From: Candidatus Poribacteria bacterium
GTDB taxonomy: Bacteria; Poribacteria; WGA-4E; GCA-2687025
Direction of reading: 5' to 3'
Length of the DNA: 64,000 bases
Assembly (NCBI GenBank): GCA_028818695.1
Contig: JAPPNK010000011.1
Location: 72,572 to 136,571 of the forward strand
Shown piece after piece: positions 1-9,722 of this stretch (within the stretch, counting starts at the first letter, position 1; every line of letters begins with the position of its first letter). The notes below the pieces were generated by a model. That model was not told the DNA's origin. It was given only the letters and a program-made list of their open reading frames with translations, and ran no database searches. The translations under genes were made by a program, and so were the position numbers.

Positions 1-645
1 AAGGCGGTTGAGCTGGAAGCGGATGTCGCGCCGCATTTCGGGGGCGGGAATCCGTATGCTGTCGTTTATAACAACCGCGGCGCCGCTAACTCTGAAATAG
101 GCTGTCATGGTCATGACAAGGCGATTGGCGATCTTAACAAGGCAATCGATCTGAGTCCAGACGATGCGGAATCCTACTACAACCGAGGCGCCGCTTACAA
201 TGATCTGGAGCAATACGACAAGGCGATTTCGGACTATAGTAAAGCCATTGATCTGGAACCGGAGCGCGCCATTTACTACATCAACCGAGGACGCGCTTAC
301 AATTTAATAGACAACAACGGCAGAGCGATTGACGATTTTGACAGGGCGGTTGAAATCAACCCCGACAGCAGCGAAGCGTATCTCTCCCGGGCGACGGTTT
401 ACTTAGAGCTGCGCGAATTGGACAGGGCTGTTGAAGATATCAACAAGGCGTTAGCGCTCAACCCACGCGGCCCCGGCGCAAAAACGGTTCATTATTTAGT
501 CCGCGCGGAAGCGCGCTTTAAACAACGCAAGCTTTACAAGGCATTTGCAGACCTGTGGAACGCCTTAGCGAGACTTCCCCTGTCTTTATTTCAGCGGGAG
601 TCTGACGAAGACGCTGTATTGGGAAGCGGTAGCGCGCGGCATTAA
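1..645 (+). CDS. TPR repeat-containing protein (5' partial, continues upstream of window)
   Basis: Frame 1 is open from base 1 to the TAA at 643-645. Repeated 34-aa TPR units carry KAI(D/E)L(E/S)PD...YYNRG motifs. Confidence 0.7.
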   Translation, partial: KAVELEADVAPHFGGGNPYAVVYNNRGAANSEIGCHGHDKAIGDLNKAIDLSPDDAESYYNRGAAYNDLEQYDKAISDYSKAIDLEPERAIYYINRGRAYNLIDNNGRAIDDFDRAVEINPDSSEAYLSRATVYLELRELDRAVEDINKALALNPRGPGAKTVHYLVRAEARFKQRKLYKAFADLWNALARLPLSLFQRESDEDAVLGSGSARH

Positions 646-664
646 GAATGAAAAGACGGAGGCG

Positions 665-1141
665 ATGGCGCATCAAAACGAAGCTGAATTGATTGAGGCG
701 GTGGAAACGGCGGAGGGGCATATCCGCCGCGGGAACAGCTACTACGAGTCTGGGAAGTTTGAGGAAGCGGTCGCCGAATTCAGCAAAGCGATCGAGCTGG
801 AGCCTATTCTCACGCCTCTTTTTACGCGCGACAATCTGTATTTCATCATTTACCTCATTCGCGGCGACGCTTACAAGAAACTCAGCGAGCATGACAAGGC
901 GGTTGCCGACTACGACAAGGCGATTGAGCTGGAGCCTGACGACCCGATAAATTACATCAGCCGATGCTCCGCTTACGTTGCGCTTGGAAAGTTTCGAAAA
1001 GCGGCTGCAGACATGGATAAGGCGATTGATCTGGAGCCTGACGACGCGGTAAACTACATCATACGCGCGATTGTCAACTTTAGACAATTCAAACTCCTCA
1101 AGGCGGTTGCGGACGCGCGGCAATTTTTTAAACGGCGGTAG
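665..1141 (+). CDS. TPR repeat protein
   Basis: 158-aa ORF with several KAIELEPD-type TPR repeats. It is paralogous to the upstream partial gene. Confidence 0.7.
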   Translation: MAHQNEAELIEAVETAEGHIRRGNSYYESGKFEEAVAEFSKAIELEPILTPLFTRDNLYFIIYLIRGDAYKKLSEHDKAVADYDKAIELEPDDPINYISRCSAYVALGKFRKAAADMDKAIDLEPDDAVNYIIRAIVNFRQFKLLKAVADARQFFKRR

Positions 1142-1220
1142 ATACGGCGGGCGCGGACGTTCAAGCAAAAAACGGGCATCCGCCTTCCCGCTCATCCGCT
1201 TCGCGCTCCCCAGGATCTCT

Positions 1221-1435
1221 GACCTCATGCATAAAGTTGGGGCGCCATGACAATAGATCCGCGACGACCAGCGGAAAGCCCCCGATCCGCCCGTCGCCAT
1301 TCCCTCGAAAGCCATATCCCCGTGAAAACGGGGAACGGGTAGGGAATCCAGAGTCCAACAGACGACGTCCGCATTCGCATGTCGACATATCCCAATTAAA
1401 GCCTTAAGGTCGCAGATAAACATTGACGATTCGCC
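1221..1435. repeat. MITE-like intergenic repeat, copy A
   Basis: Left arm GACCTCATGCATAAAGTTGGGG and right arm CCCAATTAAAGCCTTAAGGTC form imperfect terminal inverted repeats. The internal ATTCCC...GGGAAT stem encloses a GNRA-type hairpin. The element aligns end-to-end with the 17005-17185 copy. No coding capacity; the 75-aa ORF on the minus strand is a shadow ORF. Confidence 0.6.
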
Positions 1436-1477
1436 CCGCTGCCTGTATGATAACGCTGTACTGAATCATGCGGAGAT

Positions 1478-2668
1478 ATGCAAATGCGAACGATACGGCG
1501 GCGTATGCAAGCTGCGGCTCTCTTGGCGGCCGCGCTGACCCTGGGGCTGCTCGGATGCGATCAACTTGTCAAAACGCTGGACCCTGAACCTGAGCCAAGC
1601 GCCACGCTCAAAATCGGCTTTATACAACCCAGCGGCTACTTCAACGGCTTTTCTGCCGGAGCCGAACTTGCCCGGCAAGAGCTGAATCGACAAGGCGGCG
1701 TCCTCGGTCGACAGATCGAATTCATCTACCGCGACAACCAAGGCGCCGACATCTTCCCGTCCGGCGAAGCGACTGTTCAGGCGGCGCAGGAGCTGATCGC
1801 CGATGAGGGCGTTTTCGCGCTCCTGGGCGTCATGTTCTCAGCCAACGCCATTGAGCTGGCAGAAATAACTGCGCAGACCGAAACGATACTCGTCACAAAC
1901 GCCACCTCTGCGCCCGTATCGGCTTCAAGCGAGTATGTCTTCCTGGTCGCCCCGACGACCAGCGCGCAGGGGGTTGAGCTCGCAAAATTCGCCGCCTCTG
2001 CGAAGAACCTAGACGCGCAGACGGCCGCCCTTCTTCTTCAAGCGGACGACCTCTACTCAAATATTCTCGCCGATTCGTTCACCGCCAACTTTGAAGCGCT
2101 GGGCGGAACGGTCGCGGCGCGCGCCAGCTACGAAGTCGGAAGCCGCGACTTCTCCGAGCCGATCGGGCGCATCTTAGCCGCGAACCCTGATGTGATCTTG
2201 GCGACCAGCTTCGCGCCGGAGGTTCCGCTCGCTATACAACAGGCGCGCGAAGCGGGGTATGAAGGCGACTTCATCGGCGGCTCCGGCTGGTTTGTCCCCG
2301 ACGATTTCTTGAACACATTGGACGACAACGCCCCGTTGAACGGCTCCTTCTTTACGTCCAACTATTCCGGCGGGGCGCCGTCAGCGGGCGTTCAGCATTT
2401 CGTCCGCCTTTACGAAGCGGTATACGGCGAGCCGCCGTCAGGCAAGGCGCCGAAGGGGTACGATGCGATGACGCTGCTTGCGCAGGCGATAGAGCGGGCA
2501 GGCAGCCTGGACTCGCGCGCTGTGCGGGACGCGCTTGCCGCGGCGACCGACTATGAGGGCGCCACCTCCATTGTCCGTTTCAACGAAGACCGCCAGCCTG
2601 TCAAAGCGATCGTCCTCCAGACGATACAGGACGGCGAAATGCGTTTTTACCAGCTACTGACTCCGTAA
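1478..2668 (+). CDS. ABC-type substrate-binding lipoprotein, LivK/branched-chain amino acid-binding family (PBP type 1), subfamily A
   Basis: Signal peptide plus lipobox LLGC. Conserved LKIG.IQP...GGVLGRQIEFIYRDNQG...LLG..FS.N core typical of Peripla_BP_6. About 65% similar to the copy at 5584. Confidence 0.85.
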   Translation: MQMRTIRRRMQAAALLAAALTLGLLGCDQLVKTLDPEPEPSATLKIGFIQPSGYFNGFSAGAELARQELNRQGGVLGRQIEFIYRDNQGADIFPSGEATVQAAQELIADEGVFALLGVMFSANAIELAEITAQTETILVTNATSAPVSASSEYVFLVAPTTSAQGVELAKFAASAKNLDAQTAALLLQADDLYSNILADSFTANFEALGGTVAARASYEVGSRDFSEPIGRILAANPDVILATSFAPEVPLAIQQAREAGYEGDFIGGSGWFVPDDFLNTLDDNAPLNGSFFTSNYSGGAPSAGVQHFVRLYEAVYGEPPSGKAPKGYDAMTLLAQAIERAGSLDSRAVRDALAAATDYEGATSIVRFNEDRQPVKAIVLQTIQDGEMRFYQLLTP

Positions 2669-2683
2669 ACCGAAGGGTATCCA

Positions 2684-3955
2684 ATGAACGCAAAAAAAAC
2701 CGCAAAAACGGGCGCTATCGCTGCCCTTGCGGCGGCTCTCGGCATTTTCATCGCCGCCGGATGCGACACGCTGCTCGACGCGATTGACCCCGAACCGCCC
2801 AAACCTGTTCAGGGCGAAACGATCAAGATCGGGCTGATTTTTCCTGCCGACCCCTCTTATCCTGCCCGCGCTTTTCTCCAAGGCGCCTGGATCGCTCTCA
2901 ATGAGATCAACGACAGCGGCGGCATTCTTGGCAAGCAGGTTGAACTCATCGTCCGCGACAACCTAGGGACCGACCCATACCCGACCGCCGCCTCCACCAT
3001 TGATACGGCGCGCGACCTGATCATAAACGAAGGCGTGACGGCGATCGTCGGACCCGTCTTTTCAACGAACTCCATCGCTCTCGGCCAGGCGTTGACGCAG
3101 GCGGGCGAAACGACCCCGTTCATCCCGGCGTCCACGTCCCCCATCGTGACGCAGAGTTACACCCATACGGCGCTGGTAAGCGCGAATATTCCGCTCCATT
3201 CGACGATTCTTTCCGACTTTGCGCGCTCGGGGCTAAAAGCGGACACAGCCGCCATCCTTGCGCAGGAGGAGGACGCTTACTCCCAGCTGTTGACATCCAC
3301 CTTTATGGAGTTGTTTGAAGCGGACGGCGGAACCGTCGTTTCTGCCGAAACCTATGCTGTCGAAACGGTCGACTTTTCGGCGAATGTGGAAACGCTGCTC
3401 GCCGGCGGCTCCGACGTCTGTTTCTTAACAAGCTTTCCGCCGGCGGTTCCGCTCATCATCGACCAGGCGCGCGCCGCCGGCTATGAGGGCGTCTTCATCG
3501 GCGCGAACGGATGGGACGTCCAAGCTGCGTTCTACTCCGTCTTGGACGACAACTCGGTTCTGGACGGCTCCTATTTCACGACCGACTTTTCCCCGGACAA
3601 CCCCTTCATAAGTCCTGGGCCGCCGGCTGTGCCGCCGCAGTTTGCTGCCGTATATGAAGCCTCTTATGGCGTCCCCGCCGACAGCCTAGCGGGGAACGGG
3701 TTCGACGCGATGTCGGTTCTCGCGCAGGCGATTCAAACGGCAGGGGCAAACGGGGCGGAACCCACGGACGACGCGATCCTGCAAGCCTTGACAGCGATAC
3801 GCGGATACCGCGGCGCGACCGAAATCTCCCATTTTGACGAGAACAGGCTTGCGGTTAAAGATCTTATCATCATGAGGATTCAGGACGGCGCGTCCGCGAT
3901 TCATGATCTATGGGACAACCCGCTCAAGGGATCCGATCCGCCGGCGTCCGATTAA
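2684..3955 (+). CDS. ABC-type substrate-binding lipoprotein, LivK family, subfamily B
   Basis: Lipobox IAAGC. Near-identical signal peptide and core to the 4076 copy. C-terminal YRGATEISHFDENRLAVKDL motif. Confidence 0.85.
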   Translation: MNAKKTAKTGAIAALAAALGIFIAAGCDTLLDAIDPEPPKPVQGETIKIGLIFPADPSYPARAFLQGAWIALNEINDSGGILGKQVELIVRDNLGTDPYPTAASTIDTARDLIINEGVTAIVGPVFSTNSIALGQALTQAGETTPFIPASTSPIVTQSYTHTALVSANIPLHSTILSDFARSGLKADTAAILAQEEDAYSQLLTSTFMELFEADGGTVVSAETYAVETVDFSANVETLLAGGSDVCFLTSFPPAVPLIIDQARAAGYEGVFIGANGWDVQAAFYSVLDDNSVLDGSYFTTDFSPDNPFISPGPPAVPPQFAAVYEASYGVPADSLAGNGFDAMSVLAQAIQTAGANGAEPTDDAILQALTAIRGYRGATEISHFDENRLAVKDLIIMRIQDGASAIHDLWDNPLKGSDPPASD

Positions 3956-4075
3956 CGAATTGCGTCCCAGCCCATTTTGGGCATAGTAAGAGACGGCGCT
4001 CATGAAATTTGAAAACGGAGGAGCGCTCAGTTTTCAAACTGCTCAATCTAGAACGCCATGTTAGAAAGGCTTCCA

Positions 4076-5317
4076 ATGAACATAAAGACAACCTCAAAAA
4101 TAGGCGTCGCCGCTGCGCTTGCGGCAGCCCTCGGCATTTTCATCGCCGCCGGATGCGACACGCTGATCGACGCGCTTGACTCTGATCCGTCCGAACCTGT
4201 TCAAGGCGAAACGATCAAGATCGGGCTGATTCAGCCTCAAGGCAACTTTCCGAGCTTCGCGCTAGGAGCCAAGCTTGCCCTTGCGCAGATCAACGCCAAC
4301 GGCGGCATTCTTGGCAAGCAGGCAGAGATTATCGAGCGCGACAACCAAGGGCAAGACCCCTACCCGACCGCCGCCTCCACCATCGATTCTGCCCGCGACC
4401 TGATCCTGAACGAAGGCGTGACGGCGATCGTCGGACCCATGTTTTCAACGAATTCCATCGCTCTTGGCCAGGCGTTGACGCAGACGGGCGGAACGACCCC
4501 GTTCCTCCCAGGGTCCACATCCCCCGTCGCGACGCAGAGTTACGCCTATACGGCGCTGGTGAGCGCAAACTTGCCGCTCCACTCCACGATTCTCTCCGAC
4601 TTTGCGCGCTCGGAGCTGATGGCAGAGACAGCGGCCATCCTCGCGCAGGAAGGGGACGCCTATTCCCAGCAGTTGACAGTCTCCTTTAAGGAGCTGTTTG
4701 AAGCGGCCGGCGGAGCCGTCGTCTCTGCCGAAACCTATGTCGTCGGAACGGTCGACTTTTCGGCGAATGTGGAAACGCTGCTTGCCGGCGGCTCCGACGT
4801 CTGTTTCTTGACAAGCTTCCCGCCGGAGGTTCCGCTCATCATTGACCAGGCGCGCGCCGCCGGCTATGAGGGCGTCTTCATCGGTCCAAACGGATGGAAC
4901 GTCCCCGCCGAATTTTACTCCGCCTTGGACGACAACTCGGTTCTGGACGGCTCCTATTTCACCATTGACTTTCTCCCGAACGAAAGCAATCCAGCGGCGC
5001 AGCAGTTCGCAGCCGCATATGAAGCCGTTTACGGCATGCCCGCTGACAGCTTCGCAGGGAACGGGTTCGATGCGATGTCGGTTCTCGCCCAGGCGATTGA
5101 AGCGGCAGGGGCTGTTGGCTCAGAAAACGCCAACGACGCGATCATGAGCGCTATCGCTGCGATACGCGATTACCGCGGCGCGACCTACATCTCCCACTTT
5201 GACGAGAACAGGCTCGCCGTGAAAGACCTTGTCATCATGAGGATTCAGGACGGATCGTCCATGTTCTACTCGGTCTGGGACAATCCAAACAAAGGAGCCG
5301 ATCCCGGCGATGAATAA
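4076..5317 (+). CDS. ABC-type substrate-binding lipoprotein, LivK family, subfamily B (recent duplicate of 2684-3955)
   Basis: The start was moved to the ATG at 4076 (MNIKTT...), matching the CCAATGAAC start context of the previous paralog and an AAAGG Shine-Dalgarno. Very high identity to the 2684 copy across the whole length. Confidence 0.8.
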   Translation: MNIKTTSKIGVAAALAAALGIFIAAGCDTLIDALDSDPSEPVQGETIKIGLIQPQGNFPSFALGAKLALAQINANGGILGKQAEIIERDNQGQDPYPTAASTIDSARDLILNEGVTAIVGPMFSTNSIALGQALTQTGGTTPFLPGSTSPVATQSYAYTALVSANLPLHSTILSDFARSELMAETAAILAQEGDAYSQQLTVSFKELFEAAGGAVVSAETYVVGTVDFSANVETLLAGGSDVCFLTSFPPEVPLIIDQARAAGYEGVFIGPNGWNVPAEFYSALDDNSVLDGSYFTIDFLPNESNPAAQQFAAAYEAVYGMPADSFAGNGFDAMSVLAQAIEAAGAVGSENANDAIMSAIAAIRDYRGATYISHFDENRLAVKDLVIMRIQDGSSMFYSVWDNPNKGADPGDE

Positions 5318-5491
5318 GCGCCGCAACAGAGCCGACAAAGCGGCCGGCGGAACGACCCAAGCAGACGACCGCAATTCAAGAAGAAACGGGGGAGCTCCGC
5401 AGTTCCGTCGTTTCTCCTCTTAAAAGCGGTAAGACCGCAAAGATACAGGCGCAAGGCGATGTTGTCCCAGCTCAACGCCGACATCAAGCGG

Positions 5492-5520
5492 TTGCGGGGG
5501 TCTCAACTTTGCGCTATGAT
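5492..5520 (+). promoter_or_regulatory. Candidate sigma70 promoter for the 5584 SBP gene (TTGCGG-17-TATGAT)
   Basis: -35 TTGCGG at 5492-5497, 17-nt spacer, -10 TATGAT at 5515-5520, about 60 nt upstream of the ATG. Confidence 0.35.
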
Positions 5521-5583
5521 TGAAAGCGGCCGTTCTCTGAAGGAGGCGGATGTCATAACGATTTAAGACAAAGAAAGATAGCC

Positions 5584-6765
5584 ATGTTTGCAAGACAGCG
5601 CGTTCTCAACCTCGTCGCCGCCGCGGCTTTCGCGGCGGTTGCCATGACAGGCTGCGAAAAATTGGTCGATACCCTTGACCCAGACCCCGGCTCCAGCGAA
5701 ACCTTGAAAATAGGCGTCATCCAGCCCCATGGATATTTTGTCAGCTTTGCCCGCGGAGCGGAGCTGGCGCGTATGGAGCTGAACGCCGAAGGCGGCGTTT
5801 TAGGACGCCAGATCGAATTCATCTACCGCGACAACCAGAAAGGCTTGGTGTTTCCAACGCCCGAAAGCACGATTCAAGCGGCTGAAGAGTTGATTATCGG
5901 CGAAAAAGTGTTTGCTCTTTTAGGACCGACATTTTCGAGCAACGCGATTCATCTGGGAGATATTGCTCAACAGAGTCAGACGCCGGTCTTGGTGAACGCC
6001 ACATCCGGAGCCGTGTCGGCTTCAAGCGACTATATTTTTCTCGTCGCCGGCACGACAGGTTCTCAAGGCGAAGGCCTTGCTAAATTTGCGTTGTCGCCCG
6101 ACAATTTGGGCGCAAAGACAGCGGCAGCGCTTTTTCAAGCGGGGGATCTATACTCGGAGGTTCTGGTTGAGGCGTTCGCCGAGAAGTTTGAAGAGCTCGG
6201 CGGGAGCGTCTTGGCGCGCGAAACCTACGAGGTCGGCAGCGAAACATTCGCGGGTTCACTTCAACGGGCATTGGCTGGCAGCCCGGATGTCGTCCTGATG
6301 GCGAGCTTTGCCCCGGAGGTTCCCCTCGCCATAAACGAGGCGCGGGAAGCGGGCTATGAAGGAGTCTTTCTGGGCGGAACCGGCTGGAACGATCCCGACT
6401 CATTTTTCCATGCCTTGGAGGACAACTCGGTCTTGAACGGATCGTTCTTCACATCGAATTTTTCGGCAGAAGCGCCGGGCGAAAGCGTCCAGCGTTTTGT
6501 CGCAGGATATAAAGCCGCATACGGCACAACGCCGCCAGGTCAATCCTCAAAAGGCTACGACGCCATGAAGCTGCTGGCGCAGGCGATTGAAACGGCGGGC
6601 AAGCTGGACGCCCCCGCCGTTCGAGACGCCCTCGCCGCGACGAGCAATTATGAAGGCGCTACGGCGATTGTACGCTATAATGAGCATCGGCAGCCTCTGA
6701 AAGAGATTGTTATTATGACAATTCAAAACGGAGAATCAACATTTTACCAGCTGCTTGCGCCCTAA
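5584..6765 (+). CDS. ABC-type substrate-binding lipoprotein, LivK family, subfamily A
   Basis: Lipobox AMTGC. Co-linear with the 1478 copy, including the shared C-terminal FYQLL(T/A)P. Confidence 0.85.
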   Translation: MFARQRVLNLVAAAAFAAVAMTGCEKLVDTLDPDPGSSETLKIGVIQPHGYFVSFARGAELARMELNAEGGVLGRQIEFIYRDNQKGLVFPTPESTIQAAEELIIGEKVFALLGPTFSSNAIHLGDIAQQSQTPVLVNATSGAVSASSDYIFLVAGTTGSQGEGLAKFALSPDNLGAKTAAALFQAGDLYSEVLVEAFAEKFEELGGSVLARETYEVGSETFAGSLQRALAGSPDVVLMASFAPEVPLAINEAREAGYEGVFLGGTGWNDPDSFFHALEDNSVLNGSFFTSNFSAEAPGESVQRFVAGYKAAYGTTPPGQSSKGYDAMKLLAQAIETAGKLDAPAVRDALAATSNYEGATAIVRYNEHRQPLKEIVIMTIQNGESTFYQLLAP

Positions 6766-6796
6766 ACCAAAGCGCAAAACACCGAAAGGAACGCGC

Positions 6797-8104
6797 ATGA
6801 AAGCGAAAATGCGAACGCTCATTGCAATCTTCTCATCCCTCTTCCTCGCCGCGGCATTGACAAGCTGCGACGACCTTCGATCCATCCTTGACCCTGACAT
6901 GGAGACGCCGACAGCTCCCACTTTGAAAATTGGCATCATCCAGCCTTCTCAGTACTACATCGGCTTCCTCCATGCAGCCGAACTGGCGCGCCAAGAAATC
7001 AACGCCGGAGGCGGCGTCCTCGGCAGACAAATTGAGTTCGTCATGCGCGACAACCAAGGATCGGACATTTTCCCCACGCCCGAAAAAACCATTGAAGCGG
7101 CGCATGACCTGATCGCCAATGAAGGCGTCGCGGCGATTCTAGGACCCATTTTCTCCACCAACTCCATCGCAATGGGCAACGCCCTGACTGAAGCGGGCTT
7201 AGCCGTGCCGCTGCTTCCGGGGTCCACATCCCCGGTCGTCACGCAAACGCATTCGCATTTCGTACTCGCCGCGTCGAACAACCATCTCCATGCGACTGTT
7301 CTTGCCCAGTTCGCGGCGATGGAGCTGGGCGCTGAGACCGTCGGCGTCTCCCTGCAGGCGGGCGACGTCTACTCGGAAGTTGTGACGCGCGCGTTTGTGG
7401 ACGACTTTCGCAGCGTCGGCGGCAATGTGAGCTCCATCGCTAGCTATGAGGTGGGAACGCGCGACTTATCAGCGCAGATTCAGGTGCTAATGGACGACAA
7501 TCCAGACGCCATTTTCCTCCCCAGCTTCGCGCCTGAAGCTCCTCTGTTCATTCAACAGGCGCGCGCGGCGGGCTACGAAGGCGTCTTCATCGGAGCCGAC
7601 GGATGGGACGACGCATTGCAGTTCTACTCCACGCTGGACGACAACGCCCCGCTCAACGGCTCCTACTACACAACCAACTACTTCCCCGGCGGAGACGATC
7701 CGACCGCAAATGCGTTTGGAGACGCTTTCATGAGCGCTTACGGCGTCATCGCCGATGGCATCGCCGCCAACGGATACGACTCCCTGATGCTGCTCGCCAA
7801 AGCGATTGAAGCCGCCGGAGGAGGCGAAACACACGACGGCATGGACGACGGAATGTACGGCGACGATTCGATGATGTCCATGGAGATGCCCCACGCCGAC
7901 GCCGTTCTCGATGCGCTGGTTTCGATTGAAGGCTACCGCGGCGCGACCGCCATCTCCCATTTCGATGAAAATCGAATGGCAGTGAAAGACCTTATCATCT
8001 TGAAGATTCAAGACGGCATGCCCACGTTCCATTCCATATGGACGAATATGCAGGGCGGCGAAGGAAATGGCGGCGGATACGACGACGGCAATCCCAACGA
8101 GTAA
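6797..8104 (+). CDS. ABC-type substrate-binding lipoprotein, LivK family, subfamily C, with Met/Asp-rich insert
   Basis: Start chosen at the ATG at 6797 (MKAKMRTL), which has an AAAGGAA Shine-Dalgarno; the ATG at 6755 would overlap the previous gene. Lipobox LTSC. Has a C-terminal extension and the insert GMDDGMYGDDSMMSMEMPH. Confidence 0.8.
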   Translation: MKAKMRTLIAIFSSLFLAAALTSCDDLRSILDPDMETPTAPTLKIGIIQPSQYYIGFLHAAELARQEINAGGGVLGRQIEFVMRDNQGSDIFPTPEKTIEAAHDLIANEGVAAILGPIFSTNSIAMGNALTEAGLAVPLLPGSTSPVVTQTHSHFVLAASNNHLHATVLAQFAAMELGAETVGVSLQAGDVYSEVVTRAFVDDFRSVGGNVSSIASYEVGTRDLSAQIQVLMDDNPDAIFLPSFAPEAPLFIQQARAAGYEGVFIGADGWDDALQFYSTLDDNAPLNGSYYTTNYFPGGDDPTANAFGDAFMSAYGVIADGIAANGYDSLMLLAKAIEAAGGGETHDGMDDGMYGDDSMMSMEMPHADAVLDALVSIEGYRGATAISHFDENRMAVKDLIILKIQDGMPTFHSIWTNMQGGEGNGGGYDDGNPNE

Positions 8105-8132
8105 ATCGACGGGGTTCATCTGAAACATTCCA

Positions 8133-8175
8133 AGAGGCGGGGCGGCTGCCTAGCTGCTCCGCCTCTTTTTCTTTT
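8133..8175 (+). terminator. Rho-independent terminator candidate after SBP5
   Basis: Stem AGAGGCGG...CCGCCTCT followed by the run TTTTTCTTTT, 30 nt downstream of the stop at 8104. Confidence 0.5.
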
Positions 8176-8355
8176 AAATCAATCCCGCTAAATTTTCCGC
8201 TCCTATCGGTTATTGATACAGCCTAGTTGAGAATGCGTTCGCCGGCGAACAGCGCTATCATGCCGCTTGGCAACGCGGGTTGTCGACTTACATTCAAAAC
8301 CATATTGACAGAGGCTGTACGACACAACGCCGATCAACCTAAGAGGAAAACGCGC

Positions 8356-9609
8356 ATGAGAGCAACGACTAAACGCGGCGCCGTAATAAAACGGCGGGCA
8401 TTCGCCGCAACGTTGGCGTCCATCTTTCTTGCCGCGGCGCTGATAAGCTGCGACGACATCCGAGATATACTTGAACCGGACGCCCCGGAACAGACCCCCA
8501 CTCTGAAGATCGGCGTCATTCAACCGCCGCAATTCTACATCGGCTTCATTCGCGGCGCCGAGATGGCGCGCCAGGAGGTGAACGCGGAAGGCGGCGTCCT
8601 CGGCATGCAGGTCGAGTTCATCGCGCGCGACAACCAGGGGGCAGACATCGTCCCGACAGCCGAAAAAACGATCCAAGCTGCGCATGAGCTGATCGAAACC
8701 GAAGGCGTCGTTGCGATACTCGGACCCATCTTTTCGACAAACTCAGTTGCGCTCGGAAGGGCGCTGACCGAAGCGGGCATCGACATCCCGATACTGCCGG
8801 GGTCCTCCTCCGCCTCGGTGCCGCATTCATACTCCCATTTTGCGCTGGCAAATTCAAACAACCTTTACCAAGCAAACGTTCTGGCAAACTTCGCCTTTAC
8901 GGAGCTGGGCATCCGTTCGGTCGCTCTCTCGCTTCAGGCGGGCGACGAATATTCGCGCGTCTTGACGGAAGGTTTCGTGCGCGATTTTGAAGCGGTCGGC
9001 GGAGAGATTGCGTCTGTCGCCACCTACGAGGTCGGCGCAACCGACTTCGAGCCGCAAATCAAGGTTCTCATGGCAAGCGAACCCGAAGCGGTCTTTCTGT
9101 CTAGCTTTGCGCCAGAGGTTCCGCTCTTTGTTAAGCAGGCGCGCGCGATGGGCTACGACGGGCAATTCCTCGGCGGAGACGGCTGGGACGACATAGCAAG
9201 CTTCCACAGCGTTCTTGAGGACAATTCCCCGCTGAACGGCTCCTATTACATCGCCAACTTCTTCCCTGGCGGCAACGATCCGACAGCAAACGCCTTTGCT
9301 GACGCATTCATGAGCGCCCACGGCATCATGGCTGACAGCGGAGCTGCGGCAGGTTACGATTCCATGAAGCTGCTCGCCCAAGCCATCGAAACCGCGGCAG
9401 CCGATATGGTCGGGGAGAACGGCGAGACCGCCCTGCCGGATGCGGACGCCATTCTTGCGGCTCTGCTCGCGACGGAAGATTACCGCGGCGCAACCGCGAT
9501 TTCGCATTTCGATGAAAGCCGCCTCGCCGTCAAGGAGCATGTCATCCTAAAAATAGAAAACGGGATGCCGGCGTTCCATATCGCATGGCCCGATTCAAGG
9601 ATCGATTGA
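8356..9609 (+). CDS. ABC-type substrate-binding lipoprotein, LivK family, subfamily C
   Basis: Start moved to the ATG at 8356 (MRATTKRG...), which is preceded by AAGAGGAAAA. The 8227-8355 extension in the six-frame track has no Shine-Dalgarno and encodes an unlikely leader. Lipobox LISC. Confidence 0.8.
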   Translation: MRATTKRGAVIKRRAFAATLASIFLAAALISCDDIRDILEPDAPEQTPTLKIGVIQPPQFYIGFIRGAEMARQEVNAEGGVLGMQVEFIARDNQGADIVPTAEKTIQAAHELIETEGVVAILGPIFSTNSVALGRALTEAGIDIPILPGSSSASVPHSYSHFALANSNNLYQANVLANFAFTELGIRSVALSLQAGDEYSRVLTEGFVRDFEAVGGEIASVATYEVGATDFEPQIKVLMASEPEAVFLSSFAPEVPLFVKQARAMGYDGQFLGGDGWDDIASFHSVLEDNSPLNGSYYIANFFPGGNDPTANAFADAFMSAHGIMADSGAAAGYDSMKLLAQAIETAAADMVGENGETALPDADAILAALLATEDYRGATAISHFDESRLAVKEHVILKIENGMPAFHIAWPDSRID

Positions 9610-9722
9610 AGGCGCCGCCGGCAACAGAGACGAGGCGGCATGGAAAGCGGAGACAGCGACCGAACGGATAACGGCGAAACGCGGCATGAGAAAATGCGCG
9701 GCGGAGACGCGGCCGTTTCGCC

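Noticed and set aside
8227-8355. N-terminal extension of SBP6 (and 6755-6796 of SBP5, 4058-4075 of SBP3, 13045-13293 of the aminotransferase, 32239-32325 of sulfatase 2)
   Set aside because: The internal ATG codons have Shine-Dalgarno sequences and give proper signal peptides or conserved N-termini. The extensions overlap upstream genes or encode Arg-rich junk.
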